A stretch of 64,000 nt of DNA from an uncultured Actinomycetota bacterium (GCA_963711935.1 CAVQGD010000034.1:72334-136333); one strand, 5' to 3'; shown: positions 9,933 to 21,782, numbered from the stretch's first letter. Translations and numbers: made by a program. Notes: a model not told the origin generated them from the sequence alone.

Positions 9933-11060
9933 TCAGCGCAGCAGTGTCGCCGGGCTGCCGCCGTTCGCCTCGTAGCCCGCCACCGCCAGCGCGCGGTACA
10001 CCGCGTACTCCGCCGCCGGGTCGGGGGTGAGCGTCCAGGGCAGGGCGCCCACGTGGCCGTCGACGTGGACGAGCTGGTTCATCGCCTCGGCCCAGCGCTC
10101 GCCGCGGACCAGGAAGAAGACCAGCAGGTGGCGTACGTGCGCCAGCATCGGGTCGTCGGGGCGGGCCGCGTGCACCGCGAACAGGGCGCCGTGGATCGCC
10201 TTCGTCACGACCTCGCTCTGGTAGAAGCCGCTGACCAGGTTCACCTCGGGCAGGTGCTCGAAGACCGCGAAGAGCGGCAGCGCGGCGAGCAGCGAGCCCT
10301 GCGGGCGCGCGGGCCGCCGCCGCCGTCCGCGAAGGCGTACGCCAGCTCCCGCGAGCCGTGCCACTTCTCGCACCAGTAGTGCAGCGCCGCCAGATGCGCG
10401 CCCATGTGGTGCCGGCGCGCGGTCGAGGATCTTCAGCCAGAGCTGCTCGAACTCCGGCTCGGGGAGTAGCCGAGTCCGCGCGCGACCGACAGCTCGATGA
10501 TGTACGGGATCGGGTCACCGGGGGCCAGCAGCGCCGCCTCGCCGCACGCCGACCTGCGCCTCCTCCATGATGATCCGGAAGTCGTCCGTGCCCGGCGTCG
10601 ACGTCCGCCACGCCTGCTGCACCAGGAACTCCGCGTGCACCGCCGCGCCGCCCGCGTCCTTGGGCGCCTCCGCCCGCCAGGCCCGCAGCCACTGCCCGCC
10701 CGGCGACTCGCTCACCCCGCCGGGCCGCTGCTGCAGCTCCAGCGACGCGGCGCCCGCGAAGGCCTGCACGCGCTGCCAGCGCACGCTCGCCCTCCTTCTC
10801 CGTGCCGGCGAGCAGCTGCGACGCCGCCCGGTAGTCCTGGGTGCGCTGCACGACGTCCAGGACGTCCAGCAGGTCCTGGTCGGGGCCGGGCATGCCGGAT
10901 GTCCAGCTCCTCCTGCCGCACGAAGCCGTAGTTCGCCGGGTCGGCGGCGTCCGGGTGCGCCGGGCGCGACCTGCTGGATGCCGGCACGCCTGCGCCGCAG
11001 GAACGGCCCCAGGACGAAGCCGATCATGAGCAGCGCGATCAGGACCCAGAGAATCTCCAT
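9933..11060 (-). pseudogene. Membrane-anchored hypothetical protein (DUF4034-like) broken by several frameshifts, probably sequence errors
   Basis: Consecutive segments lie in different frames: [11 protein letters not shown]..., [12 protein letters not shown]..., [11 protein letters not shown]..., [14 protein letters not shown]... Confidence 0.7.
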
Positions 11061-11238
11061 GCCTCAAGCGAACCAGACGCGTCCGACAATTGGCCAACCC
11101 GGTCGGCGACCTGTGGACAGTCGGGGCGGAGGCCGCGTGCTGTCGGCGCGCGGGACCGCGATCGGCCCCGGACCCAGCCGTCGGGCCGCCGGGCCGCATC
11201 CGCCGATGCCCGTCGCGCCGGCACTACGCTCGGTGCCC

Positions 11239-12397
11239 ATGAGCGACAGACACATCAGTCAGCACTTCGAGACCCTCGCGATCCACGCGGGCAACACCGC
11301 GGATCCCCTCACCGGCGCGGTCGTCCCGCCGATCTACCAGGTCTCGACCTACAAGCAGGACGGCGTCGGCGGCCTGCGCGGCGGCTACGAGTACAGCCGC
11401 AGCGCCAACCCGACCCGGACCGCGCTGGAGGAGAACCTCGCGGCCCTGGAGGGCGGCCGCCGCGGGTCTCGCGTTCGCGTCCGGACTGGCGGCCGAGGAC
11501 TGCCTGCTGCGTACGCTGCTCAGCCCCGGCGACCACGTGGTCATCCCCAACGACGCGTACGGCGGCACGTTCCGTCTCTTCGCGAAGGTCGTCTCGCGGT
11601 GGGGCGTGGAGTGGTCGGTCGCCGACACCAGCGACCCGACCGCCGTACGGGCCGCCCTCACCCCGAAGACCAAGGTCGTCTGGGTGGAGACCCCCTCCAA
11701 CCCGCTCCTCGGCATCACCGACATCGCCGCCGTCGCCCGAGATCGCCCGCGACGGCCGGCGCCAGGCTGGTCGTCGACAACACCTTCGCCACCCCCTACC
11801 TCCAGCAGCCGCTCGCGCTCGGCGCGGACGTCGTCGTGCACTCGCTGACCAAGTACATGGGCGGCCACTCGGACGTCGTCGGCGGCGCGCTGGTCGTCGG
11901 CGACCAGGAGCTGGGCGAGGAGCTGGCGTACCACCAGAACGCGATGGGCGCGGTCGCCGGGCCCTTCGACTCCTGGCTGGTGCTGCGCGGCATCGAAGAC
12001 GCTCGCCGTGCGCATGGACCGGCACAGCGAGAACGCCACCAAGATCGCCGACATGCTCACCCGGCACGCGCGCGTGACCCGCGTGCTGTACCCGGGCCTG
12101 CCGGAGCACCCCGGCCACGAGGTCGCCGCCAAGCAGATGAAGGCGTTCGGCGGCATGGTGTCGTTCCAGGTCGAGGGCGGCGAGGAGGCGGCCGTCGAGG
12201 TCTGCAACCGCGCCAAGGTGTTCACGCTCGGCGAGTCCCTGGGCGGCGTCGAGTCCCTGATCGAGCACCCGGGGCGCATGACGCACGCCTCCGCGGCCGG
12301 CTCGGCACTGGAGGTGCCCGCCGATCTCGTACGCCTCTCCGTGGGCATCGAGAACGTCGACGACCTCCTTGAGGACCTGCAGCAGGCCCTGGGTTAG
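11239..12397 (+). pseudogene. metB: Cystathionine gamma-synthase with four apparent +1 insertions, probably sequence errors
   Basis: YEYSRSANPT, YGGTFRL, ETPSNP, VVDNTF, HSLTKYMGGHSD, ESLGGVESL are spread over three frames; shifts near 11466, 11738, 11754 and 11995. Confidence 0.9.
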
Positions 12398-12517
12398 ACC
12401 ACGGACCATCGTCGCCCACGCGCGTGGATGCCGTTGCCCCGGGAGGTACTTCCAGGTCAGCTCTTCGATCGTCGCCCGCGCGCGTGGATGCCGTGGACGG
12501 GACGCGGCAGGCGCCGG

Positions 12518-13042
12518 TCAGGAGGCCGGTGCCGACTCCGCCACCCCGACCCCTGGGACGGCCATACGGGCGGAGAGCGCGCTGTTGAAGCGGGTGAGGA
12601 GCGTGTAGAAGGCTTTGCGTTCCTCGGGTGTCCAGTCGTGCGTCAGTTCGTCCATCAACTGACGCCTCGACGAACGCACTTCTTCCAGACGGGACTTCCC
12701 GCGCGGGGACAGCTGGAGTACCACCGCGCGCCCGTCCTCCGGGTGCGAGGTGCGCTTGACGAGCCCGGTGTCGACGAGCGGGGCCACCTGACGGGTGACC
12801 GTCGACGAGTCGATCTTCATGCTCGCGGCGAGCGCCTTGACGCCCATCGGCCCTTCTTCGTCAAGGCGGTTGAGCAGCAGGTACGCGGCGCGGTCCATGG
12901 AGTTGCGCACATGCCCGACACCGCCGAGCCGGGTCTGCTCGGCACGGCGCGCGAACACCGCGACCTCGTGCTGCAGCGCGTCGAGAAGACCGGTGTCACC
13001 GACGGTCGTCATGTCCATCGACATGTCAGGTGTTGTGGGCAT
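12518..13042 (-). CDS. MarR family transcriptional regulator
   Basis: LAASMKIDSSTVTRQV...LVKRTSHPEDGRAVVLQLSPRG. Confidence 0.92.
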   Translation of the reverse strand: MPTTPDMSMDMTTVGDTGLLDALQHEVAVFARRAEQTRLGGVGHVRNSMDRAAYLLLNRLDEEGPMGVKALAASMKIDSSTVTRQVAPLVDTGLVKRTSHPEDGRAVVLQLSPRGKSRLEEVRSSRRQLMDELTHDWTPEERKAFYTLLTRFNSALSARMAVPGVGVAESAPAS

Positions 13043-13187
13043 GGCCGGGGGCTCGCTTCATGGGTGGGTGCTGGGTTGGGGGACAGAGTACGCGGCGGAC
13101 AGACACGTCGTACGGGCGCTTCACAAACCAGTCCCGCCCCGTGGTCACACCCGCGCCTCCCCGCTGTGAACTGCGAGACTGGTGGTC

Positions 13188-14417
13188 ATGAGCTACAGCA
13201 CGGCTGACTCCTTGTCGCGGGTGACCCTCGACGACGTACGCGGCGCCCAGAAGATGCTCGCGGGGGTCGCGCGGGTCACCGCCATGGAGGGCAGCAGGTA
13301 TCTGTCGCAGCTGGTCGGCGCGCCGGTGCACTTCAAGTGCGAGAACCTCCAGCGGACCGGTTCGTTCAAGCTCCGCGGCGCGTACGTGCGTATCGCGGGG
13401 CTGCTGCCCGAGGAGCGTGCGGCGGGAGTCGTCGCCGCGAGTGCGGGCAACCACGCGCAGGGCGTGGCCCTGGCCTCCGGGCTGCTCGGCGTGCGCGCCA
13501 CGGTCTTCATGCCGAAGGGCGCCCCGCTGCCGAAGATCAGCGCGACGCGCGACTACGGCGCCGACGTACGCATGCACGGCACGGTCGTCGACGAGACGCT
13601 GGCCGCGGCTCAGGAGTACGCGGCCGGGACGGGCGCGGTGTTCCTCCACCCCTTCGACCACCCCGACATCATCGCGGGCCAGGGCACGGTCGGCCTGGAG
13701 ATCCTGGAGCAGTGTCCCGAGGCGGGCACGATCGTCGTGGGGATCGGCGGAGGCGGCCTGGCCGCGGGCATAGCGGTCGCCGTGAAGGCGCTGCGCCCGG
13801 ATGTACGGATCGTGGGGGTGCAGGCGGAGGGCGCGGCCGCCTATCCGCCCTCGCTGGCCGCGGGGCGCCCGGTGGCGATCGAGAACCCGGCGACGATGGC
13901 GGACGGCATCAAGGTCGGCCGTCCGGGCGACGTGCCGTTCGAGATCATCAGCGGCCTGGTCGACGAGGTCCGCACGGTGTCCGAGGACGAGCTGTCCGCC
14001 GCGCTGCTGCTCTGCCTGGAGCGCGCCAAACTGGTCGTCGAGCCTGCCGGAGCGAGCCCGGTCGCGGCGCTGCTGAGCGAGCCGGGCACCTTCGGGGGCC
14101 CGGTGGTCGCGGTGCTGTCCGGTGGCAACGTCGATCCGGTGCTGATGCAGCGCATCCTGCGCCACGGCATGGCCGCGCAGGGCCGTTACCTGGCAGTTCG
14201 ACTCCGCCTGACGGACCGGCCGGGCGCCCTCGCGACGCTTCTCGGAGTGTTGTCAGTGGTCGACGCCAACGTCCTTGATGTGAGTCATGTACGGACCGAT
14301 CCACGGCTCGGGTTCACGGAGGCGGAGGTTGAGCTGCACCTGGAGACGAAGGGCCCGGAGCACTGCGCCGAGGTCGGCCGGGCACTGCGCGAGGCGGGCT
14401 ACAGGGTCATGGACTGA
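13188..14417 (+). CDS. ilvA: Threonine ammonia-lyase with C-terminal ACT domain
   Basis: KCENLQRTGSFKLRGA, ASAGNHAQG, GIGGGGL, LSGGN, DRPGALA. Confidence 0.95.
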   Translation: MSYSTADSLSRVTLDDVRGAQKMLAGVARVTAMEGSRYLSQLVGAPVHFKCENLQRTGSFKLRGAYVRIAGLLPEERAAGVVAASAGNHAQGVALASGLLGVRATVFMPKGAPLPKISATRDYGADVRMHGTVVDETLAAAQEYAAGTGAVFLHPFDHPDIIAGQGTVGLEILEQCPEAGTIVVGIGGGGLAAGIAVAVKALRPDVRIVGVQAEGAAAYPPSLAAGRPVAIENPATMADGIKVGRPGDVPFEIISGLVDEVRTVSEDELSAALLLCLERAKLVVEPAGASPVAALLSEPGTFGGPVVAVLSGGNVDPVLMQRILRHGMAAQGRYLAVRLRLTDRPGALATLLGVLSVVDANVLDVSHVRTDPRLGFTEAEVELHLETKGPEHCAEVGRALREAGYRVMD

Positions 14418-14636
14418 CCGCTGAGCGGGAAAGCCCCCGGCATGAGGAGTTCTCACAAGGAGTTCTCACACCGGGGGCTGGGGGCCGGGGGCTGCGGCCC
14501 CACCGAGGCCGCGGGCCAGACGCCACGGCCTCAGCCATCACCAGACGCCACGGCCTCAGCCATCAATTGAGGAACCACGACGGCGACCCACCAGATCCGC
14601 GAGAGCGGCGGCGGTTCAGCCGCAAAAAGAGGTGCC

Positions 14637-15134
14637 TCAGCCCTGGTAGGGCTCGGCCTTGAGGATCTTCACCGAGGCCATCTTGCCGTTCGGCAGCTCG
14701 TACTCGGCATCTTCGCCGACCTTCTTGCCGCTCACGCCGGAGCCCAGGGGGGACTGCGGCGAGTAGGTCTCGATGTCGGAGCTCGCGTACTCGCGGGAGG
14801 CGAGCAGGAACGTCAGTGTGTCGTCTTCGTCGCCGTCGAAGGCGATGGTCACGACCATGCCGGGCGCCACCGCACCGTTCGCCGCCGGGGGCTCGCCGAC
14901 CTTGGCGGTCTCCAGGAGCTGGGTCAGCTGGCGCACACGGAGCTCCTGCTTGCCCTGCTCTTCCTTGGCCGCGTGGTACCCGCCGTTCTCGCGCAGGTCC
15001 CCCTCCTCGCGCGCTGCCGCGATTTTCGCGGAGATCTCCGCACGCGCGGGACCAGTAAGGTGGTCAAGCTCCTCCTTGAGCTTGTTGTACGCCTCCTGGG
15101 TCAGCCAGGTGACGTTCTCGCTGGTCTGGGTCAC
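14637..15134 (-). CDS. greA: Transcription elongation factor GreA
   Basis: AREEGDLRENGGYHAAK, YSPQSPLG; GTG start with upstream GAGGAG. Confidence 0.97.
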   Translation of the reverse strand: MTQTSENVTWLTQEAYNKLKEELDHLTGPARAEISAKIAAAREEGDLRENGGYHAAKEEQGKQELRVRQLTQLLETAKVGEPPAANGAVAPGMVVTIAFDGDEDDTLTFLLASREYASSDIETYSPQSPLGSGVSGKKVGEDAEYELPNGKMASVKILKAEPYQG

Positions 15135-15380
15135 AGGTGCTCCTCGTAGGTACTGGGAATACAAAGCATCGCCCTACCCAGAAGAATGTTCCTCCACGAG
15201 TGGGCGAAACCACGAGCCTAACAATTCAATGCCCGAAGGGGGAGGACATAAGTCACAAGAATTATGTCAGTACAGGTCAGCGGGTAGGTGGCGTGGCTGA
15301 GGGCCATGGGTGAGGGCCGTGGCTGAGTGGCTGAGGGCCACCGCTGCCGGGCGGCGCGAGGGCGTGTGCCGGCCGGCGTA

Positions 15381-15779
15381 TCAGTCGGCGTGGCAGCCGA
15401 GCAGCTCGGCCGTGGTGCCGCGGGAAATGGTACGCAGCGTGACGACCGTGTCGATGCTTGTGGTGTCCCCGTCGAAGGGGAAGTTCTTGCGGCCGACCTC
15501 GGCACCGTCCTCGGCCTGCGAGCGCACGGTGCAGTAGCCGCTCACACCCGCGTCCTTGTGGATCTCCAAGCGCACCTTCACCTCGTTCTCCGAGGCCTTG
15601 AAGGTGATCACCTCGGCATTGAGCTTGTTGCCACCGATGTAGTGGTACGCGAACCAGCCGATGAGGACGAGCAGGCCCGCGCCCAGCACGGTCCCGAGGA
15701 TCTTGAGCGTGCGGTCCGCGTGCTCGTCCGCGGAGCGGCCGTATCGGCCCTCGGGCAGCTGCGCGCTCGCCGTGCTCAT
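15381..15779 (-). CDS. DUF4307-like membrane protein
   Basis: One TM helix, CTVRS...GAEVGR; conserved position between greA and mca. Confidence 0.85.
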   Translation of the reverse strand: MSTASAQLPEGRYGRSADEHADRTLKILGTVLGAGLLVLIGWFAYHYIGGNKLNAEVITFKASENEVKVRLEIHKDAGVSGYCTVRSQAEDGAEVGRKNFPFDGDTTSIDTVVTLRTISRGTTAELLGCHAD

Positions 15780-16019
15780 GATCGTCCTCTCGGAAGGGGG
15801 GCCCCGACGAAGCTCCCCGACGAAACTTCCGGATGAAGCTCCCGCACGGACGAAGCCACGAAAGCCACGAAAGCCCTGAAAGGGGTCCCGGGACCGGCCG
15901 TGGAATTTTTCGTCCCCCGATTCGTTCACTATAGGAGTCGCCCAACACCGGGTCGTGCCGGGGCGAGTCACCGAGGTGCGGGCCGGAGCGCCGGCCGCCG
16001 ACATACGAGGGAACGAGTC

Positions 16020-16901
16020 TTGACTGACGAGCTGCGACTGATGGCCGTGCACGCGCACCCCGACGACGAGTCGAGCAAGGGCGCGGCCACCATGGCGAAG
16101 TACGTGTCCGAGGGGGTGGACGTGCTGGTGGTGACCTGCACGGGCGGGGAGCGCGGCTCCATCCTCAATCCGAAGCTGCAAGGCGACAAGTACATCGAGG
16201 AGCACATCCACGAGGTGCGCGAGAAGGAGATGGACGAGGCACGCGAGATCCTCGGCGTCCGGCAGGAGTGGCTCGGTTTCGTCGACTCCGGCCTGCCTGA
16301 GGGCGACCCGCTGCCGCCTCTGCCCGAGGGCTGCTTCGCCCTGGAGGACGTCGACAAGGCGGCCGGCGAGCTGGTGAAGAAGATCCGTTCGTTCCGCCCC
16401 CAGGTGATCACGACATACGACGAGAACGGCGGCTACCCGCACCCCGACCACATCATGACCCACAAGATCTCGATGGTGGCGTTCGAGGGGGCGGCGGACA
16501 CCGAGAAGTACCCGGAGACGGAGTACGGCCCGGCGTACCAGCCGCTCAAGCTCTACTACAACCAGGGTTTCAACCGCCCACGCACCGAAGCGCTGCACCA
16601 CGCGCTGCTGGAGCGTGGCCTGGACTCGCCGTACGGGGACTGGCTCAAGCGCTGGGACGAGTTCCAGCGCACGGAGCGCACACTCACCACCCACATCCCG
16701 TGCGCCGACTTCTTCGAGATCCGGGACAAGGCGCTGATCGCGCACGCCACGCAGATCGATCCCGACGGCGGCTGGTTCCGGGTCCCGATGGAGCTCCAGA
16801 AGGAGGTCTGGCCGACGGAGGAGTACGAGCTGGCGAAGTCACTCGTGGATACCTCTCTCCCCGAGGACGACCTCTTCGCGGGCATCCGGGACAATGCCTG
16901 A
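16020..16901 (+). CDS. mca: Mycothiol conjugate amidase
   Basis: MAVHAHPDDESSKG, GGYPHPDHI, AHATQIDP; TTG start. Confidence 0.95.
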   Translation: MTDELRLMAVHAHPDDESSKGAATMAKYVSEGVDVLVVTCTGGERGSILNPKLQGDKYIEEHIHEVREKEMDEAREILGVRQEWLGFVDSGLPEGDPLPPLPEGCFALEDVDKAAGELVKKIRSFRPQVITTYDENGGYPHPDHIMTHKISMVAFEGAADTEKYPETEYGPAYQPLKLYYNQGFNRPRTEALHHALLERGLDSPYGDWLKRWDEFQRTERTLTTHIPCADFFEIRDKALIAHATQIDPDGGWFRVPMELQKEVWPTEEYELAKSLVDTSLPEDDLFAGIRDNA

Positions 16902-16902
16902 C

Positions 16903-17172
16903 ATGAGCGCAAGCCTGGCACTGACCCCTCTCCTTCCCCTCGCCAAGGAACTCGACAAGAGCAAGGTGACCCCCGGCATCCTCGGGTTCCTCGTGTTCGC
17001 GGTGATGGCCCTGGCGGTGTGGGGGCTGATGAAGTCCATGAACCGGCACATGGGCAAGGTCGACTTCGAGGAGGCGCCGGATGCCTCCGGTGAGGGGGCG
17101 GGGAAGTCCTCGGGCGCCTCGGGAGCCTCGGGAGCGGGCCCTGGGGGCAAGGCCTCTCCCGCGAAGGGCTGA
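16903..17172 (+). CDS. Small membrane protein
   Basis: KVTPGILGFLVF TM segment; directly follows mca. Confidence 0.8.
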   Translation: MSASLALTPLLPLAKELDKSKVTPGILGFLVFAVMALAVWGLMKSMNRHMGKVDFEEAPDASGEGAGKSSGASGASGAGPGGKASPAKG

Positions 17173-17230
17173 GCGCGCGGCGATGGCTTGACGGCATGAC
17201 CCTGTGATTTCCTCTGGGTATCATGGGGTC

Positions 17231-18370
17231 ATGCTGTATCGCACGCCTGCTCTCACCTCGAAGGACCGCGAGGTGCTGGAGGGCATCGACAAGCTGCGGC
17301 ACGAGCTGCGGCACCAGGTCCTGGAGACGCCTGTCAAGTGGACGTCGGGATTGCGTAAGACGCTGACGGCCGAGGCCATCTCCGGTTCCAACAGTATCGA
17401 GGGTTACAAGGTCGACTCCGTTGACGTCGAGGACCTGATGGATGGCGAACAGGAAGTCGCCACCTCGGAGGACAACAAGGCGGAGACGATGGCGTACCAG
17501 CACGCCATGACATACATCCAGTCGCTCCATGACGTCGTCGACTTCGCATACTCCAAGTCGCTGCTCAACGCCCTGCACTGGATGCTCCAAGGGCACCACC
17601 ACCCCAGGAAGGTGGCTGGTCAGTGGCGCAAGGGCGGGGTGTGGATCAACGAGCCAGGGCGGCCCAGCGAAGCCGCGTACGTCGCACCTGACGCAGACCG
17701 ACTGCCTGTCTTGACGGATGAGATGGTCACCTGGCTCAACGAGGGGGATCTGGGCGCTCACGTGCTGGTGCGCGCCGCCATGGCGCACCTCAACCTGGTC
17801 AAGATCCACCCGTGGTCCGACGGTAATGGCCGTATGTCGCGCTCGCTCCAGACACTCCTCATCGCGCGCGGTGGCGTACTCGCCCCGGAGTTCTCGTCGA
17901 TCGAGTCCTGGCTGGGTGCCCCGGGCAACACCTGGGAGTACTACAAGGTCCTCAAGCACGTCGGCGGCCCCGAGTGGAGCCCCGACCGCGACACCGCCCC
18001 CTGGATCCGCTTCAACCTCCTCGCCTACCACCAGCAGTCCCAGTCCGTGAAGCACCGCATCGACCGCTCCAACCGCTGCTGGATCGACCTCACCGCGTAC
18101 GCGGAGCGCCACGGCATCGACGAGCGCCAGATCACCGCCCTGCACGACGCCGCCCTCGCCGGCCGCGTCCGCCGGGCCCGCTACCAGCGCGCCGAGAACC
18201 TCAGCAACCAGCAGGCCGTACGCGACATCCGCGCCCTGAGCGAGGCCGGACTGCTCGAAGCCGTGGGCAACACCAAGGCGCGGTACTACGTGCCGGGGCC
18301 GGACTTCCCGGCGGAGGTGCTGGAGCGCGTACGGCAGCCGCTGCGCCTCATCGACCCGTACGAGGACTGA
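17231..18370 (+). CDS. Fic family protein with N-terminal autoinhibitory motif and C-terminal wHTH-like domain
   Basis: HPWSDGNGRMSR Fic motif; SNSIEG inhibitory motif; TATCAT -10 six nt before the ATG. Confidence 0.92.
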   Translation: MLYRTPALTSKDREVLEGIDKLRHELRHQVLETPVKWTSGLRKTLTAEAISGSNSIEGYKVDSVDVEDLMDGEQEVATSEDNKAETMAYQHAMTYIQSLHDVVDFAYSKSLLNALHWMLQGHHHPRKVAGQWRKGGVWINEPGRPSEAAYVAPDADRLPVLTDEMVTWLNEGDLGAHVLVRAAMAHLNLVKIHPWSDGNGRMSRSLQTLLIARGGVLAPEFSSIESWLGAPGNTWEYYKVLKHVGGPEWSPDRDTAPWIRFNLLAYHQQSQSVKHRIDRSNRCWIDLTAYAERHGIDERQITALHDAALAGRVRRARYQRAENLSNQQAVRDIRALSEAGLLEAVGNTKARYYVPGPDFPAEVLERVRQPLRLIDPYED

Positions 18371-18545
18371 GGCGACCGTACGAGGACCGGCAACGGCTGT
18401 ACGAGGACTGAGGGGCGACCGACGGAGACTGGCGACGGCCGTACAGGGACGGGTGACGGCCGTACAGAGAACCGGTGGCGGCAGCACGGGGACGGGGGAC
18501 GGCCGTACGAGGACCGGTGGCGGTCGTACGAGGACCGGCAACGGC
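18357..18545 (+). repeat. Degenerate ~20-bp tandem repeats derived from the Fic 3' end
   Basis: cgtacgaggac(tga/cgg) recurs several times. Confidence 0.75.
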
Positions 18546-18569
18546 CGGCCACGCGTTCCCGGCCGTCAC

Positions 18570-21500
18570 TCATTCCTTCTCCACCGCCACCCCCATCACC
18601 TCCCGCGCATGCCGGTCCGGCACCATCCCCAGGCTCCAGGCGCGCCAGCCCGTCTCCAGATCCACCCCCCGCTCCAGCAGCAGCTGGTACGCCTCCCCGT
18701 ACCCGTCCAGCTTGCTGTCCCGCAGGGGGTGCGTGGCGAGGGCCAGCTGGGCCAGTTCCTCCTGGGCGACCGCCGTGCCGATCTCGATGCCGCCCGGGGC
18801 CGCGTAGGGCAACAGCGTGCACCGCAGGAACCTGGCCCAGTCCTCGCCCCGGCGGTCGCCGTACGAGGCGAACAGGGACGCCGCTTCGTCGCACAGGGAA
18901 AGAGCCTGCTGCGTACGGGCGTTGCCCGCGTCCACCACCGCCAGTTCCAGGCAGGTCCAGGCCTCGCCGTGGGCCACACCGATGCGCTGGAAGTCGGCGC
19001 GGGCGTCGACGAGGAGCTGACGGGCGAAGCCCGAGTTGCGCAGGGAGCCGGTCTGGACGGCGCGCTGGTCACGCGTGACCCGCGCCGAGTGGTGGCGGGC
19101 GCACGCCAGGCCGTAGAGGTCCCGCATCCGCGAGAACATCGTCCTCGACCGCTCCAGTTCCCGTACCGCCTGGTCGAGGTTGCCCGTCTCCTCCAGGGCC
19201 TGGCCCAGGTAGTAGACCGACCAGGCCACGCCGCGCACGTCCTCGTTGTCCTGGTGGCGGGAGAGCGCCTGGCGCAGGTCGTCCACGGCGGCGGACGCGT
19301 CACCGGCGACCATGCGGGCGCGGGCGAGCTGGGTCATGGCCCACGCCTCGCCGCGGGCGTCGCGGGTACGGCCGTACAGGTCCAGGGCGACGCGCAGTTC
19401 CGCCTCCGCGCCCGGCACGTCGCCCCTGCGCAGGTTCAGCTGGCCGAGCTGGAAGTGGGCCCACGCCTCGCCGTGCACCGACTCGCCCTCGCGGTGCAGC
19501 ACCAGGGCCCGGGTCAGCAGGTCCAGGGCCTCGGCCGGCTTCGCCCTGTCCCGCTCCACCGCCGCCAGCGCGTGCATCGTCCAGGCGCGGTCCACGGACA
19601 GTCCCGGCGCCGCCTGAAGGTCGAGGGCCTCGCGGAGTTTCGCCGCCGCCTCGGTCAGGTTGCCCTGGTGGTGGAGGGTGATGCCGAGGGAGCAGAGCGC
19701 GCGGGCCGCGCCCGCGTCGTGGTGGGACTTCATGTAGAGGTCGACGAGGGAGGACAGGGTGGTGCGGGCCTGGTCCAGTTCGCCGAGCTGGCGGGCCGCG
19801 ATGCCCGTGCGCCACTGGACCGAGCGGACCAGCAGGCCCTGGTCGACAGCCCGGGCCAGCTCGCTGATCTCACCCAGGCGGTACAGGTCGCCGCGCAGCA
19901 GGCAGTAGTCGCACAGGGCACCCAGCAGGTTGAGCACGGCCGCCTGGTCGACGCCCTCCGTGTGGCGCAGCGCGGCCGTGATGAAGCTGGACTCGTCGTC
20001 CAGCCAGCGCAGGGCCTCGTCGAGCGAGGTGAAGCCGTGCGGGCCGAAGCGGTCCGAGCGGGTCGACATCTTGCCGTCGACCAGGCGGAGCACCGTGTCG
20101 GCCAGTTCCGCGTACGTGACGATCAGGCGCTCGTGGGCCGCCGTGCGCTCCGCCGGCTCCTCCTCGTCCAGCAGACGGGCCTGGGCGAAGGCGCGGACGA
20201 GGTCGTGGAGGCGGTACCGGCTGTCCCGTACGTGGTCGATCAGGCCCGCGCGGGCGAGCGCGGTGAGGTGACGGGTGGCCTCCAGCTCGTCCGTGGCCAG
20301 CAGGGAGGCCGCCGCGGCGGCGCCCAGGGATGCCCGGCCTGCCAGGGCCAGGCGCCGCAGCAGCCGCCGCGCCGGGTCCGGCTGGTCGGTGTAGCACAGC
20401 CGGAGGGCGCGTTCGACGGGGTCGACCGGGCCGTACGCGCTCAGGTCCGTGGCCAGTTGGCGGGGCGTGCGCGCGCCCGGTGAGGAGCCCGCGAGACGCA
20501 GGGCCAGGGGCAGGCCGCCGCACAACTCCCGTACGCGCTCGCAGGACTGGGCGTCGTACGGGGCCGCCTTGTCCTGGGCCGCCGCGCTCAGCAGCTCCTC
20601 CGCGCACACCTCGTCGAGGGCCTCCACCGGGAGCTGGTGCACCCAGGCGGGGAGGTCGGCGGGCAGATCGAGGGGTTCGCGGGCGGTGACCAGGACGAGG
20701 CTGTCGGAACGCTCGGGGACGAGGGCGCGGACCTGTTCGGGGTCCGAGGCGTCGTCCAGGACGATCGTGACCGGTACGCCCGTCAGATGCTGGTGGTACA
20801 GCCCGCTCAGCCGCTTGATCTGCTGCTCCGGGGAGGAACGCTCGCGGAAGAGGAGCTGTTCGCGGGGGGCACCGAGACGGTTCAGCAGGTGCAGCAGGGC
20901 GTCCCGGGTGGGCAGCGCAGGCTCCTGCGGGCTGTCGCCGCGCAGGCCCACGACGCACGCGCCACGGAACTGCTCCCTCAGGTCGTGGGCGGCGCGGACC
21001 GCGAGTGCCGAACGGCCCGAACCGGGGGCGCCGTGCAGCACGACGACGGTCGACCGGGTCTCGGTACTGGCCCGCGCGGCCTGCACCCACTGCCTCACCC
21101 GCGCCAGCTCCGCCCGCCGGCCCACGAACGGACCGGCCACGTCCGGAAGTTGCCGGAACGACTGCTCCAGCACACTCCTCCGCCGCGCCGCCGCGCTCTT
21201 GTCCGTACCGCGCAGCGGGGGCGCCCCCTTCTTCGCACCGGGACCCGGACCCGTACTCGCGGCCAGGACGCGCTGCTGCTCCAGGAACGGGCGGATACCG
21301 CGCACCTCCAGGGCGGTCAGCCACCGCAGCCGCAACTGCTCGGGGCCGCCGGGCTGGCCCAGGGCGCCGGCGCGGTGATGAGCGGCGGGAAGGTGGGCGG
21401 CGGTCACCTTCAGGACCGTGGCGGCGGCGCCCACGACGCCCACAGCGACGCCGACACCCACGGCCGTACCGAGACCGATACCGAGAGCGAGGTCGGCCGA

Positions 21501-21782
21501 GGCCGCGGTGACCGCACCGACACCCGCGACGAGCAGGGCTGTTCCCGTGCGCTCCCGGGCGTACCGCTGTCCGAAGGTGAGCCGCCCCGCCTCGGCCTCG
21601 TCGAGGGCGCGCGTATACGCCTCGTACTCCTCCGCGGCCGCCTGCGCCATGGCGTCGAGCCCGGCGCGCGCCCGCGACAGCAGCACGCCCCCGTCGGTAC
21701 GCCGGCCCGACCGCCGGACCTCCTCCTCCACAGCCCTGGCCAGGAGCTGCTCGGCCTCCACCCGATGGCCGTCCCGCATCAT
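18570..21782 (-). CDS. NB-ARC/STAND-like ATPase with TPR repeats and N-terminal TM hairpin
   Basis: [17 protein letters not shown]-loop variant, [22 protein letters not shown], repeated GEAWA helices. Confidence 0.88.
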   Translation of the reverse strand: MMRDGHRVEAEQLLARAVEEEVRRSGRRTDGGVLLSRARAGLDAMAQAAAEEYEAYTRALDEAEAGRLTFGQRYARERTGTALLVAGVGAVTAASADLALGIGLGTAVGVGVAVGVVGAAATVLKVTAAHLPAAHHRAGALGQPGGPEQLRLRWLTALEVRGIRPFLEQQRVLAASTGPGPGAKKGAPPLRGTDKSAAARRRSVLEQSFRQLPDVAGPFVGRRAELARVRQWVQAARASTETRSTVVVLHGAPGSGRSALAVRAAHDLREQFRGACVVGLRGDSPQEPALPTRDALLHLLNRLGAPREQLLFRERSSPEQQIKRLSGLYHQHLTGVPVTIVLDDASDPEQVRALVPERSDSLVLVTAREPLDLPADLPAWVHQLPVEALDEVCAEELLSAAAQDKAAPYDAQSCERVRELCGGLPLALRLAGSSPGARTPRQLATDLSAYGPVDPVERALRLCYTDQPDPARRLLRRLALAGRASLGAAAAASLLATDELEATRHLTALARAGLIDHVRDSRYRLHDLVRAFAQARLLDEEEPAERTAAHERLIVTYAELADTVLRLVDGKMSTRSDRFGPHGFTSLDEALRWLDDESSFITAALRHTEGVDQAAVLNLLGALCDYCLLRGDLYRLGEISELARAVDQGLLVRSVQWRTGIAARQLGELDQARTTLSSLVDLYMKSHHDAGAARALCSLGITLHHQGNLTEAAAKLREALDLQAAPGLSVDRAWTMHALAAVERDRAKPAEALDLLTRALVLHREGESVHGEAWAHFQLGQLNLRRGDVPGAEAELRVALDLYGRTRDARGEAWAMTQLARARMVAGDASAAVDDLRQALSRHQDNEDVRGVAWSVYYLGQALEETGNLDQAVRELERSRTMFSRMRDLYGLACARHHSARVTRDQRAVQTGSLRNSGFARQLLVDARADFQRIGVAHGEAWTCLELAVVDAGNARTQQALSLCDEAASLFASYGDRRGEDWARFLRCTLLPYAAPGGIEIGTAVAQEELAQLALATHPLRDSKLDGYGEAYQLLLERGVDLETGWRAWSLGMVPDRHAREVMGVAVEKE

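Noticed and set aside
9760-11199. 703-aa MsrA fusion
   Set aside because: Chance open frame through the frameshifted upstream gene; MsrA starts at 9759
11460-12000. Programmed frameshifting in metB
   Set aside because: Four separate +1 insertions with no slippery-site pattern; sequencing error is more likely
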